DNA of 63,873 nucleotides, filler included, from Lama guanicoe (taxonomy: Eukaryota): NCBI GenBank assembly GCA_013239625.1. It is 185 parts of 185 records of this genome, joined end to end, with 100 filler letters (N's around TTAATTAATTAA, not from the genome) between each part and the next. Parts side by side here need not be neighbours in the genome. Positions count along the whole stretch, not along the records: positions 1 to 245 come from PNXV01047431.1; positions 346 to 590 come from PNXV01047432.1; positions 691 to 935 come from PNXV01047433.1; positions 1,036 to 1,280 come from PNXV01047434.1; positions 1,381 to 1,625 come from PNXV01047435.1; positions 1,726 to 1,970 come from PNXV01047436.1; positions 2,071 to 2,315 come from PNXV01047437.1; positions 2,416 to 2,660 come from PNXV01047438.1; 177 more parts are not named here. One strand, 5' to 3'. This document shows positions 1 through 11,984 of this stretch, piece after piece. Every line of letters begins with the position of its first letter. Within the stretch, counting starts at the first letter, position 1. A program made the position numbers and the translations under genes. The notes under the pieces were generated by a model. The model ran no database searches, had not been told where the DNA came from, and worked only from the letters and a program-made list of their open reading frames with translations.

Positions 1-245
1 CCTCATTATTTCCTTGCCATTCATCCCTTGGAGTGTAATAGAGGAGAACACATCGGACTCTATAATAGGTCAGTTCCTTTGGCTTTGACCGCTGTGCCCT
101 GTTTCCTAGGCTTAGTCTTGAGCTCTGCACTCTCATAAAGATAAGTTGCAGATGAGAGAATAACCTTTGTTTTGTTGGGGGTTTTGAGGAGCACTGTGAC
201 CTGGCCCACGTAGACGGCTGCAGGAACAAAGAATTCCTGCACCAA

Positions 246-345
246 NNNNNNNNNNNNNNNNNNNNNNNNNNNNNNNNNNNNNNNNNNNNTTAATTAATTA
301 ANNNNNNNNNNNNNNNNNNNNNNNNNNNNNNNNNNNNNNNNNNNN
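246..345. other. Synthetic contig-joining linker N44-TTAATTAATTAA-N44 (first of 184 copies, one every ~345-346 bp to position 63627)
   Basis: Invariant 100-bp block: N at 246-289, TTAATTAATTAA at 290-301, N at 302-345. The 12-mer is its own reverse complement and has TAA in all frames, which explains ORFs ending in XXXLIN/XXXN. Confidence 0.99.
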
Positions 346-1380
346 GTGAGTTCACAAAGAACTTAAAGCAAAATGCAGCCCAGGACAAGTGTTCCGGTCT
401 TCTCCATGTGATGAAATAAACGTGATTATTGGCTAACTCATCTGGGCACCTGACAACTACAGTAGAAGGATTGGTGATGTGATTCCATCAGGATCTCACC
501 TTTCTCTCTCCTCCTTCTCCCACCCCAAGTTAGAGAAGTATTTTGTCCATCAAACCAGCAGGTAGAACACTCTAAAGATCACAACACAAANNNNNNNNNN
601 NNNNNNNNNNNNNNNNNNNNNNNNNNNNNNNNNNTTAATTAATTAANNNNNNNNNNNNNNNNNNNNNNNNNNNNNNNNNNNNNNNNNNNNTTATGGTTTC
701 TGCAGGTTTAGGATGGGCTAATTTGGATCATTTCAGCAGAGTCTAGGGCATGGGGACTGACCCTTGCTGTCTGGAAGCTGGTCCTGGGGTGATTAGTAGC
801 CCTTAGTGTGACAGGCAGATGGAGGTGTCTGGGGTGTCGCTTTGGTTTGGCTAGTTGGCATATGGAAGGTGCACTTATGGGCAAGCTGTTTGCTGTCTCT
901 AGAAACTGGCTCACCCTGGGAGGGGCAGTCCCTCTNNNNNNNNNNNNNNNNNNNNNNNNNNNNNNNNNNNNNNNNNNNNTTAATTAATTAANNNNNNNNN
1001 NNNNNNNNNNNNNNNNNNNNNNNNNNNNNNNNNNNTGACTGTATAATATTGTAACTAAAATTTTAATTGCTCCTTTGACATCTTTGAGCTTCACATTGCC
1101 AGAAGGACCTTGCCTTGGATTTCTCTCTCTGCCACTGGATAGGCCCCCAAACCCAACACGAAAGGCACTCCATTCAGCTAGTCTTTAGAAACTGGATCAG
1201 CTGCACCCCACCTGGTTCTCAACCAAATGGATTTCACTTCCCGACTTGCCCACAAAATTATGAAGCAAACCAGTTTAATCNNNNNNNNNNNNNNNNNNNN
1301 NNNNNNNNNNNNNNNNNNNNNNNNTTAATTAATTAANNNNNNNNNNNNNNNNNNNNNNNNNNNNNNNNNNNNNNNNNNNN

Positions 1381-1625
1381 GGTTGACCCTAAAATAGAGA
1401 TTATTCTGGATTATTTTGGTGGGCCCATTATAATTACAGGGGTCTTTTAAAGTGAAAGAGGGAAGCAGAAGAAGAGTCAGAAGGAGTTGTGACCATGGAA
1501 GAAATTCAGAGAGAGGGGATGTTGCTGGCTTTTGAAGACAGAAGAAAGAGGCCATAAGCTAAGAAATGAGGATGTTCTCCAGTAGCTGGAAAAGACATGA
1601 AAATATATTCTTCCTGAGAGCATCC
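1381..1625 (+). mobile_element. MaLR LTR fragment (MLT1C/D-like)
   Basis: Typical MLT1 motifs: gagattattctggattat..ggtgggccc..aattacagggg..ttaaagtgaaagagggaagcagaaga, gctggcttttgaagac, agctggaaaag. Confidence 0.75.
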
Positions 1626-2760
1626 NNNNNNNNNNNNNNNNNNNNNNNNNNNNNNNNNNNNNNNNNNNNTTAATTAATTAANNNNNNNNNNNNNNNNNNN
1701 NNNNNNNNNNNNNNNNNNNNNNNNNCCAGGCCCCTGCCCTGCCAGCTGGCTCTGGTCCTTGTTGCTGGCCCCAGTGGTATGTGTGTGCGGGAAACTGGCC
1801 CGTGCCACCACACAGATACCTTCAGCGGGCCCCTGCAGCTGAGTGTGTGCACACCTCCCACTCCGGCTCGCCTGCTGCCTGTCCTGATTCCTAGTGCTGG
1901 ACCTGGAGGTCCTACTGAGGCCCCGAACAGTGCTGGCAGCCATTACAGATCCCCCACAGTGGGCACCAAGNNNNNNNNNNNNNNNNNNNNNNNNNNNNNN
2001 NNNNNNNNNNNNNNTTAATTAATTAANNNNNNNNNNNNNNNNNNNNNNNNNNNNNNNNNNNNNNNNNNNNTGAATCTGGTTTTCTGTCTTCTCCTTTCAT
2101 TCAGGCAGACTCATCCCCAAACGGTGGTGGGGTGACCGTCTCAGCAACCCCAGAAGAAGGGGAAGAGCGCTTTCCTTGTGGCTGTTGGTGAAGTCCTGGA
2201 GGGACACGCTGCTCTGGCTGACTTGGCCATGTGCCCATTCCTTAGCCAGTCACCGTGGGCCACAGACAAATTATGCTGCTCAGGTGCGAAGTCATACGGC
2301 CATCCTGGATTTTGGNNNNNNNNNNNNNNNNNNNNNNNNNNNNNNNNNNNNNNNNNNNNTTAATTAATTAANNNNNNNNNNNNNNNNNNNNNNNNNNNNN
2401 NNNNNNNNNNNNNNNGGTGGGTCCCCCCAGGCTGGCTCCTGGTCGCCCAGCTCCCTGCCCACCCCCAAGCCCCCAGGCTCTGTGATGCTGCCTTCTCTGT
2501 GGTGCTCACAGCGGCACCACTGGCTGCAGCGATCGCTCTTGTACGCTCACTTATTGGCTTGATGTTGGATTGTCTGCAGCGTAAGCTACATGGGGACGAG
2601 GAATTCGCCCGCTTGTTGGTGACTCTTTCTCCATTACTGTGACAATGGCTGGACCTCAGGNNNNNNNNNNNNNNNNNNNNNNNNNNNNNNNNNNNNNNNN
2701 NNNNTTAATTAATTAANNNNNNNNNNNNNNNNNNNNNNNNNNNNNNNNNNNNNNNNNNNN

Positions 2761-2920
2761 AACATTTTTTCACGTGCCTATTGACCATTTGTATATCTTC
2801 ATTGGAGAATTGCTGGTTTAGGTCTTCTGCCTATTTTTGGATTGGTTTTTGTTGTTGTTGTTAAGTTGTATGAGCTTTTTATATATTCTGGCAATTAAAC
2901 CCTTGTGAGTCTCATCTTTG
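2761..2920 (-). mobile_element. LINE-1 ORF2 3' region fragment
   Basis: cattttttcacgtgcctattgaccatttgtatatcttcattggagaa..ggtcttctgcctatttttggatt is antisense L1 ORF2 C-terminal sequence. Confidence 0.8.
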
Positions 2921-3154
2921 CATTGGCTTTTAAGGCTATTCTCTTAACCAAAGATTTGAAAGTCTGTTTGAGAACCTAAAACCCAAGAAAATGACTCTTC
3001 ATTGTNNNNNNNNNNNNNNNNNNNNNNNNNNNNNNNNNNNNNNNNNNNNTTAATTAATTAANNNNNNNNNNNNNNNNNNNNNNNNNNNNNNNNNNNNNNN
3101 NNNNNATGCAAGATGGAAGAGACACAGACGAGTACACCGGGCACAGACCTGCCT

Positions 3155-3300
3155 TGGGCGGTGGTTAGGAGCACAGACTCTGATGTTCAGCAGCCTGGAT
3201 TTGACTCCTGACTCCAGTACTTATAAGCCATGTGGCTTGGGGTATATTTTTCACTCTGTAAGACAGGCATAACGAGATCTATTTCATAGGGTTTTAGTAA
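3155..3300 (+). mobile_element. MIR SINE fragment
   Basis: gtggttaggagcacagactctg..cctggatttgactcctgactcca..cttataagccatgtg..ctgtaa..atttcatagggtt matches MIR head and core. Confidence 0.7.
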
Positions 3301-4944
3301 AATAATACTGCTCTACCTGCTTCCACCCTGTCCTCCTCGTGTCTATTCTANNNNNNNNNNNNNNNNNNNNNNNNNNNNNNNNNNNNNNNNNNNNTTAATT
3401 AATTAANNNNNNNNNNNNNNNNNNNNNNNNNNNNNNNNNNNNNNNNNNNNTAGAGAATGCTGACTGGTGTGACTCCTTTAGAGTAAATCCAATTCTGGAA
3501 GAGGAGAGGAGACTAAGCGATTCTTTCCCAGGCTTTCTGAGCTCACTGGAAATGTTCTCAGATGATGTGGTTGTCTTTAAGAGGTTGACTTTTCCATTCA
3601 GCAATTTTTTGTTTTGCTTGGCCTAACAAGAAAGGAAGATGCTTAACTGAGTGATAGAGCCAGTGACATCTGAACTGGTTGTTTGTTTTCTGTTTNNNNN
3701 NNNNNNNNNNNNNNNNNNNNNNNNNNNNNNNNNNNNNNNTTAATTAATTAANNNNNNNNNNNNNNNNNNNNNNNNNNNNNNNNNNNNNNNNNNNNCTCTT
3801 CAGTCACTCATTTACCAACCAACTCTTGAGTAGAGGACTTCTACATTATTTTTAAATTTTACAGATGACTAACCACATCCTTTACAAAGGGGGTGCAGTA
3901 ACTTCACTCTGGCTTTTATTGTTTGTTTATTTTTAATTAAATGGCATTTAATAGGCAAGGATCTCGTTCTGGCACAATCCTTAAATATTAGCTCTCTTCA
4001 TTCGACTATAGAGGCCCCAGGTATTCGCCTCGGCATCTTTNNNNNNNNNNNNNNNNNNNNNNNNNNNNNNNNNNNNNNNNNNNNTTAATTAATTAANNNN
4101 NNNNNNNNNNNNNNNNNNNNNNNNNNNNNNNNNNNNNNNNGCAGGACCAAGCTCTGTCCTGATGTGGGCACAGAGTGCCCAGTCCGGGGGGCTCTGCGTT
4201 CTGCACAGGCTGCTGTGCTGTCAGTGTGCTGTGTCTGGCGCTCGGTTCTGGGATGCACACGGCCCCAAGTGTGCACTCGCAGGTGTGTTGCCTCCTCTGC
4301 AGACAACACTGGGGTCGGTCTGAAAGCACTGCGGCCGGGTCCCCATCTTGAAGAAGGGCCGCCCCTTCCTGCTCGAGCTGACAGTNNNNNNNNNNNNNNN
4401 NNNNNNNNNNNNNNNNNNNNNNNNNNNNNTTAATTAATTAANNNNNNNNNNNNNNNNNNNNNNNNNNNNNNNNNNNNNNNNNNNNCATCATTTAACATTG
4501 ACAGTTTCCAGCCATAGTCTCAGTGGGTAATGTTGAGCCTGAACTGTCATTGGGGCATCCAATTTATGGAGACTTTGGGATAAATACAGGCTAATCCTAA
4601 TACAGGAAAGCTCTTGCCAGAGCTTCAAGCCTCTGCAAACGTATTGTCTGTTGTATTTAGTTACTTTTGACCTATTACTCCTGGAACAATGTGTTTATCT
4701 GTGGCCATTTCTGCTGATGCTCAGTGATGANNNNNNNNNNNNNNNNNNNNNNNNNNNNNNNNNNNNNNNNNNNNTTAATTAATTAANNNNNNNNNNNNNN
4801 NNNNNNNNNNNNNNNNNNNNNNNNNNNNNNAGGCTTTATGGTCATGAAACCAGCCCTGGAGAGTCCTCCTCTTCTTAGGTATAGTCCTTTGAAAATTACC
4901 AAAAATGTTAATGTTTTAAATTGAGTCATTCTCCACATTTTATG

Positions 4945-5070
4945 TTATCAGGAAATGCAAATTAAAACAACAATGAAATAATACTACACATGTATTAGAA
5001 CGGCCAAAATCCAGAACACTGACGACACCCAGTGCTGCTAAGGATGTGGAGCAAATGGAACTCATTCTTT
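4945..5070 (+). mobile_element. Old LINE-1 (L1M) ORF2 C-terminal fragment
   Basis: atcaggaaatgcaaattaaaacaacaatgaaata..gaacactgac..cagtgctgctaaggatgtggagcaa..ggaactc. Confidence 0.75.
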
Positions 5071-5175
5071 TCCAGNNNNNNNNNNNNNNNNNNNNNNNNN
5101 NNNNNNNNNNNNNNNNNNNTTAATTAATTAANNNNNNNNNNNNNNNNNNNNNNNNNNNNNNNNNNNNNNNNNNNN

Positions 5176-5420
5176 GCAAAAGATTCAGCCCCCAGTAGGC
5201 CTTGAGGCTCTAGATGGTGGGAGATCTGACTTCCTGGAGCTGTATTATATGCTCACTGTGACATATTCACATGGTGAATAATGTGCCCACAGGTGCTATG
5301 ACAGTCCCAAAGCTAGCCCCAAATGTCAAACAGTGGGAAATGGCAAACTTCCTGGGAATCCCAGCCCCTTCCCCAGGCTACCCAGACAGGTCCCTATTAG
5401 CATATGAAGCCACTGAGCCC
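5176..5420 (+). mobile_element. Probable ERV1-type LTR fragment
   Basis: gacttcctgg..atgacagtcccaaagcta..cctgggaatcccagcccctt resembles laurasiatherian ERV1 LTR U3 sequence; recognition only. Confidence 0.4.
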
Positions 5421-5865
5421 NNNNNNNNNNNNNNNNNNNNNNNNNNNNNNNNNNNNNNNNNNNNTTAATTAATTAANNNNNNNNNNNNNNNNNNNNNNNN
5501 NNNNNNNNNNNNNNNNNNNNACATAAACACACACAGACAGGCATATAGATCCTACTGCTTTTATCTTAAAATTTTAACAATGTGTCAGACAAATAGGGTA
5601 ACATACTCTTATCTTTGCTCTACTTTACATTTGCATCCGAATTGTGTTTACAGCAGACGGAACAAGTTAAGATTATCTGTTCAATATAAATGCTAGAGCT
5701 TTTTACCAATATTTATGAAGGAAACTTTTAAGATTTTCTTTTGCCCTAATATGTAATCTTTTGGANNNNNNNNNNNNNNNNNNNNNNNNNNNNNNNNNNN
5801 NNNNNNNNNTTAATTAATTAANNNNNNNNNNNNNNNNNNNNNNNNNNNNNNNNNNNNNNNNNNNN

Positions 5866-5953
5866 ATCATTCTGCAATATACACATATCAAATCATCACA
5901 TCCTATATCTTAAAATTATATATACTCTATGTCAATTCTCTCTCAATAAAGCT
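5866..5953 (+). mobile_element. LINE-1 3' terminus
   Basis: catatcaaatcatcaca..tatatcttaaa..tatgtcaatt..ctcaataaagct is a typical L1 3' end with polyA signal. Confidence 0.65.
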
Positions 5954-7438
5954 AGATTTCCTGCACCCTCAGATTACCTTCTCACATGGAATGTATTTTC
6001 CAGTGGCTAACGTATTTGTGCGTCCTGTCCAGAGTATTTCCTTCCCAGTGTAAAGGTACCGGGAATTCCAAGTTGCTAATCAAAATATTGTTTTGTGAAT
6101 ATAATCAGAANNNNNNNNNNNNNNNNNNNNNNNNNNNNNNNNNNNNNNNNNNNNTTAATTAATTAANNNNNNNNNNNNNNNNNNNNNNNNNNNNNNNNNN
6201 NNNNNNNNNNACCTTACTCTGGACAATAAATGCTTTTCTGAAAAGTAGGGTGAAAAAAGTAACCATAAATAGGAAAACCAGTCTCCATGAACTAGTGGCA
6301 TCTGCTGTATTCTGTAGGCAATACCTTTACAAATAATACTGTTGCAATTTTATGTTCCATAAGATAAGTAAGTTTTATATGCTCTATTTCTTAAAAGTGA
6401 GGTCTTCTATAGCTGATTTTCTTTACCTTTAAAATGAATTGCCATAACAAAGTAANNNNNNNNNNNNNNNNNNNNNNNNNNNNNNNNNNNNNNNNNNNNT
6501 TAATTAATTAANNNNNNNNNNNNNNNNNNNNNNNNNNNNNNNNNNNNNNNNNNNNCCATGGATACCTTGCTTTAGGAAATGTTTTAAAGGAGGAGAAATA
6601 TATCACATAAACTTTGTTAGAATTTCTTCTTTTCATTTTCCCCTTTGTCAGCTTTTCAATGGCTTTTACTTCAGTGTTGGTCCAATGAAATTCTAAAATT
6701 TGTGCAATCTGGACAATTAAAAAGTATAAACCTAGTTTAAAAAAGTTACTATTTGTGATTAAATTCCCCCAAATGAGAAGAGCTAAGAATGGATGACTGT
6801 NNNNNNNNNNNNNNNNNNNNNNNNNNNNNNNNNNNNNNNNNNNNTTAATTAATTAANNNNNNNNNNNNNNNNNNNNNNNNNNNNNNNNNNNNNNNNNNNN
6901 TCCTTGACCTCATCCACAGTCGGGTCTGAAGCGTAAATCACATGGCAGAATAGTCTTCCCCTCCAGGCCAGGCAGCAAGCATTTTGTAAAGTATCAGTTG
7001 ATCACTGTTCGTGAGCTGTCTGCATCATTGAGCACAGTGAGGGAGACAGGGCAACGGCGGCGGGAGGTGCCTCTGCAGAGATCTCTACCATCAACCGAGA
7101 GCAATTCTCCAAAGTAAGGGGAGTTATGAACTGCTGGGAACTGGGNNNNNNNNNNNNNNNNNNNNNNNNNNNNNNNNNNNNNNNNNNNNTTAATTAATTA
7201 ANNNNNNNNNNNNNNNNNNNNNNNNNNNNNNNNNNNNNNNNNNNNCACTGAATATTGTTACTGAAGATTGTTTTTCCACGTAAAGTGAGAAATACCGTGA
7301 TTTAGAAGATCGCTGCTGTTAATTCACAGTTTTACCTGGCTAAAAGGTGGTCTTGGTTTTAAGGTAACATACTGTTTACCTGTAGCCTTAATTATAAATG
7401 TGATTACATAATGCTGCTCTCTTGTCTTTTTTGTTTCC

Positions 7439-7490
7439 AATGATGCCGTTCTTAGGAATCTGCAGCCAGATGCCCCAGACACCGTTACAG
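7439..7490 (+). pseudogene. Possible decayed fibronectin type III exon, COL12A1-like
   Basis: Translates NDAVLRNLQPDAPDTVT, similar to the COL12A1 FN3 segment as recalled (NYAILRNLQPDTSYTVT); preceded by a polypyrimidine tract; only 17 codons before the contig ends. Confidence 0.4.
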
Positions 7491-7699
7491 NNNNNNNNNN
7501 NNNNNNNNNNNNNNNNNNNNNNNNNNNNNNNNNNTTAATTAATTAANNNNNNNNNNNNNNNNNNNNNNNNNNNNNNNNNNNNNNNNNNNNGTCAGGAGGT
7601 ACATAGGGTTCAGTATTTTCTTGGTGACTTCAAGATCATTGTCCAACAACCCCCAGCGAAGAGGCCCTTATCACTTGACTCTCAATAATTTCAATTACA

Positions 7700-7835
7700 A
7701 ATCCTTTGATCAACATTCAGGTCACCCACTTTCCCTTTTCCTCTTCCTACATCGATGACTCTCACAAAAGATTCAAAGTCTTACTTTTGTCCTCCTGGGG
7801 GATTTGAATGTCCATGTGGTTGGTCCATCTAATGT
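7700..7835 (+). mobile_element. L2 ORF2 (endonuclease region) remnant
   Basis: ctcctgggggatttgaatgtccatgtgg encodes LLGDLNVHV, resembling the L2 ILGDFNIHV motif. Confidence 0.45.
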
Positions 7836-9029
7836 NNNNNNNNNNNNNNNNNNNNNNNNNNNNNNNNNNNNNNNNNNNNTTAATTAATTAANNNNNNNNN
7901 NNNNNNNNNNNNNNNNNNNNNNNNNNNNNNNNNNNCCATACTCCTGTTACTACAACCAAACCGAACACTGCTTTCACGAATGTCGGCAGTCAGGTTTCCG
8001 AGAAGTGACCCTGAGGTGAAGATTCACGGGCTAGGGCTTCACTACAGGACTCTCCCGAGGGGATCGAGTGAGAGAGTAAGGGAAGGAAGCCAGCAAGGCT
8101 GGGAAGCCCCAGAAAGGGCAGCTGCAGCCTCGCCCCGAGGGGGCTTCTCGACTCTGTCACCAGTCAGTCACTGGCTAAGANNNNNNNNNNNNNNNNNNNN
8201 NNNNNNNNNNNNNNNNNNNNNNNNTTAATTAATTAANNNNNNNNNNNNNNNNNNNNNNNNNNNNNNNNNNNNNNNNNNNNTAATCTTAAAATTACATCTC
8301 AGAGCTTAGCTAATATTCTTGAATTAAAAATAAAAATAATCTGAACTTTAGGAATGTGACAGTAGAGGCATGGAATCAATAGGTGTTAACTCACAGTGAG
8401 GTGTAAGTAACAAAAACATGTTTAAGTACAGGGACAAAGAAGAGCTAATTTTGCCTCTAATTCCAGACATGATACATTATTTCTTTGCTTTTGTATTTTT
8501 ACTCACTTTCCAGGTTTTCTTCAATNNNNNNNNNNNNNNNNNNNNNNNNNNNNNNNNNNNNNNNNNNNNTTAATTAATTAANNNNNNNNNNNNNNNNNNN
8601 NNNNNNNNNNNNNNNNNNNNNNNNNCCACGCTTTTCCTAAGACTGCAAAGCTGTGAAACCACTTCCCACCAAGGACTATTGGGAATCGTTGAAAAGAATG
8701 ATACGTGCTAACCCCCAAAACATTCCCTGTATCCCCACATCCCCACACCGGAGCCACAGAAGGCTGGAGGAACCGCAGGCCACCGCGGTGTGCGAGCCTG
8801 GTTCCACCACCCAGCCGCCTGTGGAAAGATTTACCACCGCTTCCCGGAGCCCGGGGCATCTTCATTTCCAANNNNNNNNNNNNNNNNNNNNNNNNNNNNN
8901 NNNNNNNNNNNNNNNTTAATTAATTAANNNNNNNNNNNNNNNNNNNNNNNNNNNNNNNNNNNNNNNNNNNNCTGCTTGAAATCTGCACATCTACTTTCCT
9001 AGGATGATGAGTGGCTGTTTGGGTCTCCA

Positions 9030-9217
9030 TGTCTGCACCCAAGCCGTTCCTTCTCTGTTCAACATCCTTCCCTGTATTTTCACATGGCTAACTCTATTCC
9101 CCCCACAGGAAGCAACTCCGGGGTCACCTCCTCCTGGAAGGCCCCGCTAAGTCCCCTCTCAGCATAGCCATCACTCCCAGTGCATAACTAAATTGTTGTC
9201 TTTCCTGAATTCAGTGT
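9030..9217 (+). mobile_element. L2 3' region fragment
   Basis: gttccttctct..ccttccc..catggctaactct..gtcacctcctcctggaaggcc are L2 3' motifs. Confidence 0.55.
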
Positions 9218-9662
9218 NNNNNNNNNNNNNNNNNNNNNNNNNNNNNNNNNNNNNNNNNNNNTTAATTAATTAANNNNNNNNNNNNNNNNNNNNNNNNNNN
9301 NNNNNNNNNNNNNNNNNTGTCCTACTGCATCTCCTGCTGCTCCAAGTACCTTGAGCTGTGATCTTCCCGAACATACCCAACTGCCTTGCAGCCCCTGCCT
9401 AGGCTGTACCCCGCATCACAGCTTGCATTCCCCACTCTGCTTGTGTCTTTGTATACACCAGTTGTTAACACAGGTAAAAGACAAGTAGCAGGCATTAAAG
9501 AAAAGTAGTAGGCATTTATTTGAGGAAATGAGTTAACTGATCCGCTTCAGGAAAGTTATGTTNNNNNNNNNNNNNNNNNNNNNNNNNNNNNNNNNNNNNN
9601 NNNNNNTTAATTAATTAANNNNNNNNNNNNNNNNNNNNNNNNNNNNNNNNNNNNNNNNNNNN

Positions 9663-9908
9663 GTTGTGTCATTTAGGATCTCTGTTGCCTTGTTGATTTT
9701 CTCTCTGGAATATCTATCCATTAATATTAGCTGGTTGTAAAGTCTCATACTATTACTATATTCCCATCAATTTCTTCCTTTATGTCTGTTAGTTTTTTTT
9801 TTTAATGTATTTAGGTGTTCCCATGTTGGTTACATATGTATATGTATTAATGAGTATAATATCTTCTTCATGTATTGATCCTTTTATCACCATATAGTAT
9901 CCTTTATC
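9663..9908 (-). mobile_element. LINE-1 ORF2 endonuclease fragment (degenerate)
   Basis: Antisense counterpart of the region at 45644-45889 (tatttaggtgttcccatgttgg, ttgatccttttatcac, ccatcaatttcttcctttatgtctgttag). Confidence 0.8.
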
Positions 9909-10008
9909 NNNNNNNNNNNNNNNNNNNNNNNNNNNNNNNNNNNNNNNNNNNNTTAATTAATTAANNNNNNNNNNNNNNNNNNNNNNNNNNNNNNNNNNNN
10001 NNNNNNNN

Positions 10009-10254
10009 CAAGCCACCCTCATCTCTGGCCTGAATTTCTACAAGATTATCTTAATTCCTGATTCTGCCCTTTTCTTCCAACAATCTATTCTCAATACAGC
10101 AGTCAAAATGATTCTTCTACAATGAAAGTGCCATCATGGCGTTCCTCTCTCATGACTGCCTCTTGCCGATCGTCCCCACCACACTCCAAATAAAAGTCAA
10201 AGCCTTGAACTGGCTCTTAAGGCTATGGCTTCCCTACCCCCGGCCTGCTACTCT
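10009..10254 (+). mobile_element. L2 3' region fragment
   Basis: caagccaccctcatctctggcctg..aatctattctcaatacagcagtcaaaatgatt..aaagtcaaagccttgaa..aaggc. Confidence 0.7.
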
Positions 10255-10368
10255 NNNNNNNNNNNNNNNNNNNNNNNNNNNNNNNNNNNNNNNNNNNNTT
10301 AATTAATTAANNNNNNNNNNNNNNNNNNNNNNNNNNNNNNNNNNNNNNNNNNNNATGGACCAAAGTAG

Positions 10369-10600
10369 TGAAACCGAGCAGGACCCTATGGGGTCTTCCT
10401 GGGACAGACCCCTCCCCCATACCCTCTACTGTAGCTCTTCTCTGAAGCACGCAGATAATAGTATCTGAGCCAATTTCCTGCATTTTTAAGATGCTAAAAT
10501 CCACCACCAAATGGAAGAAATTACCCACCTGATGATCAAGAGCATGTAGCACCCCCAGACTTTCTGGAGCTTAAGGACTGATCACCATCAATCAATCAGA
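10369..10600 (+). mobile_element. ERV1-type LTR, 5' end
   Basis: Begins TG: tgaaaccgagcaggaccctatggggtcttcctgggacagacccctcccccat, recognised as a cetartiodactyl-type LTR start. Confidence 0.6.
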
Positions 10601-11046
10601 NNNNNNNNNNNNNNNNNNNNNNNNNNNNNNNNNNNNNNNNNNNNTTAATTAATTAANNNNNNNNNNNNNNNNNNNNNNNNNNNNNNNNNNNNNNNNNNNN
10701 ATGACCAACAGCCCAGGTTCTGTCCAGCCTCCCGCAGAGCGGACGCACCCGGAGGAGCCGCCTCGGGACCAGCAGGGGCTGTGTGTCCCGACATGGTGAT
10801 CTGGTTAAGTTCCCATTCCAAAGGAAGCCACGCTGAAGAAACTCCAGGAGGGGCAGAAAAACAAACTCAGCAAATTGAAAGCGAAGAGAAACCAGCACTC
10901 GGAGATGACTCTTCATCCTTTCCATCCCTTTTGAGGGCTGACGGGANNNNNNNNNNNNNNNNNNNNNNNNNNNNNNNNNNNNNNNNNNNNTTAATTAATT
11001 AANNNNNNNNNNNNNNNNNNNNNNNNNNNNNNNNNNNNNNNNNNNN

Positions 11047-11292
11047 CTTATAGAAGTTTAAGTAAAATTTAATAACATTTATCCCTGTTTTATGTGTCTC
11101 AATAGTTTGTTCCTTTTTACTTCTGAGTAGTATTCCAATTTAATAGACTTATGAGGTTTATTCAGCTTGTGACTATTACAAATAAAGAGAGCTGCTATGA
11201 TCAGTTGTGTACTAGATTCATATGGAAATATACTTTCATTTCTCTTGGGTAAATACCTTGGAAAGAAGTTGAATGGTATATTGGTTTAAAGG
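11047..11292 (-). mobile_element. Old LINE-1 3' ORF2/UTR fragment
   Basis: gtttgttcctttttacttctgagtagtattcc..gactattacaaataaag..ctgctatga..tttcatttctcttgggtaaatacct. Confidence 0.7.
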
Positions 11293-11738
11293 NNNNNNNN
11301 NNNNNNNNNNNNNNNNNNNNNNNNNNNNNNNNNNNNTTAATTAATTAANNNNNNNNNNNNNNNNNNNNNNNNNNNNNNNNNNNNNNNNNNNNGGATCTGA
11401 GCCCTGAGCCCCCGTCCAGGGTGATTAGCTATGAAAACACCAGAAACAAGGCTCTGTGGTGTCCTCGTCACGGGCAAGGGGTCCAGTCTCCCCTTGTCCT
11501 CGGGGTCACCTGAGGCGTGAGGGAGACCTGTGGCCTCTGTGAAGAGTCTGCGGCGTGGGCGACAGTGAGAGCTCCTAGAGGAGGGCATGGAGGGCTCGGC
11601 TCCTGCTTCCCCCGCACGGCCTCTGTCAGAGAGAATCCNNNNNNNNNNNNNNNNNNNNNNNNNNNNNNNNNNNNNNNNNNNNTTAATTAATTAANNNNNN
11701 NNNNNNNNNNNNNNNNNNNNNNNNNNNNNNNNNNNNNN

Positions 11739-11984
11739 GCTACATTCAGGACCTTGTGCTCTGAGGAGACTGTGGCCTGGCCGAGTTCAGTCCTTCCCTG
11801 CGCAGTGAAGAAGGGGGCCGGGTCCGTGGGGTGAGGAGGCCGAGGGTTGATGGCCGGAGATTAGCTCGTTCCTGAGGGGCGGGGAGTGTGGGGCGCTCAG
11901 GGCAGGGCGCTCGGCGCCTTGGCCGGGTTTGAAATTGAGCAAGTAACTGACATACTATGCGCGTCAGATTCTGCACCTGAAGAA
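11739..11984. promoter_or_regulatory. CpG-rich promoter-like fragment
   Basis: High GC, many CpG, GC box GGGGCGGGG near 11876. Confidence 0.4.
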
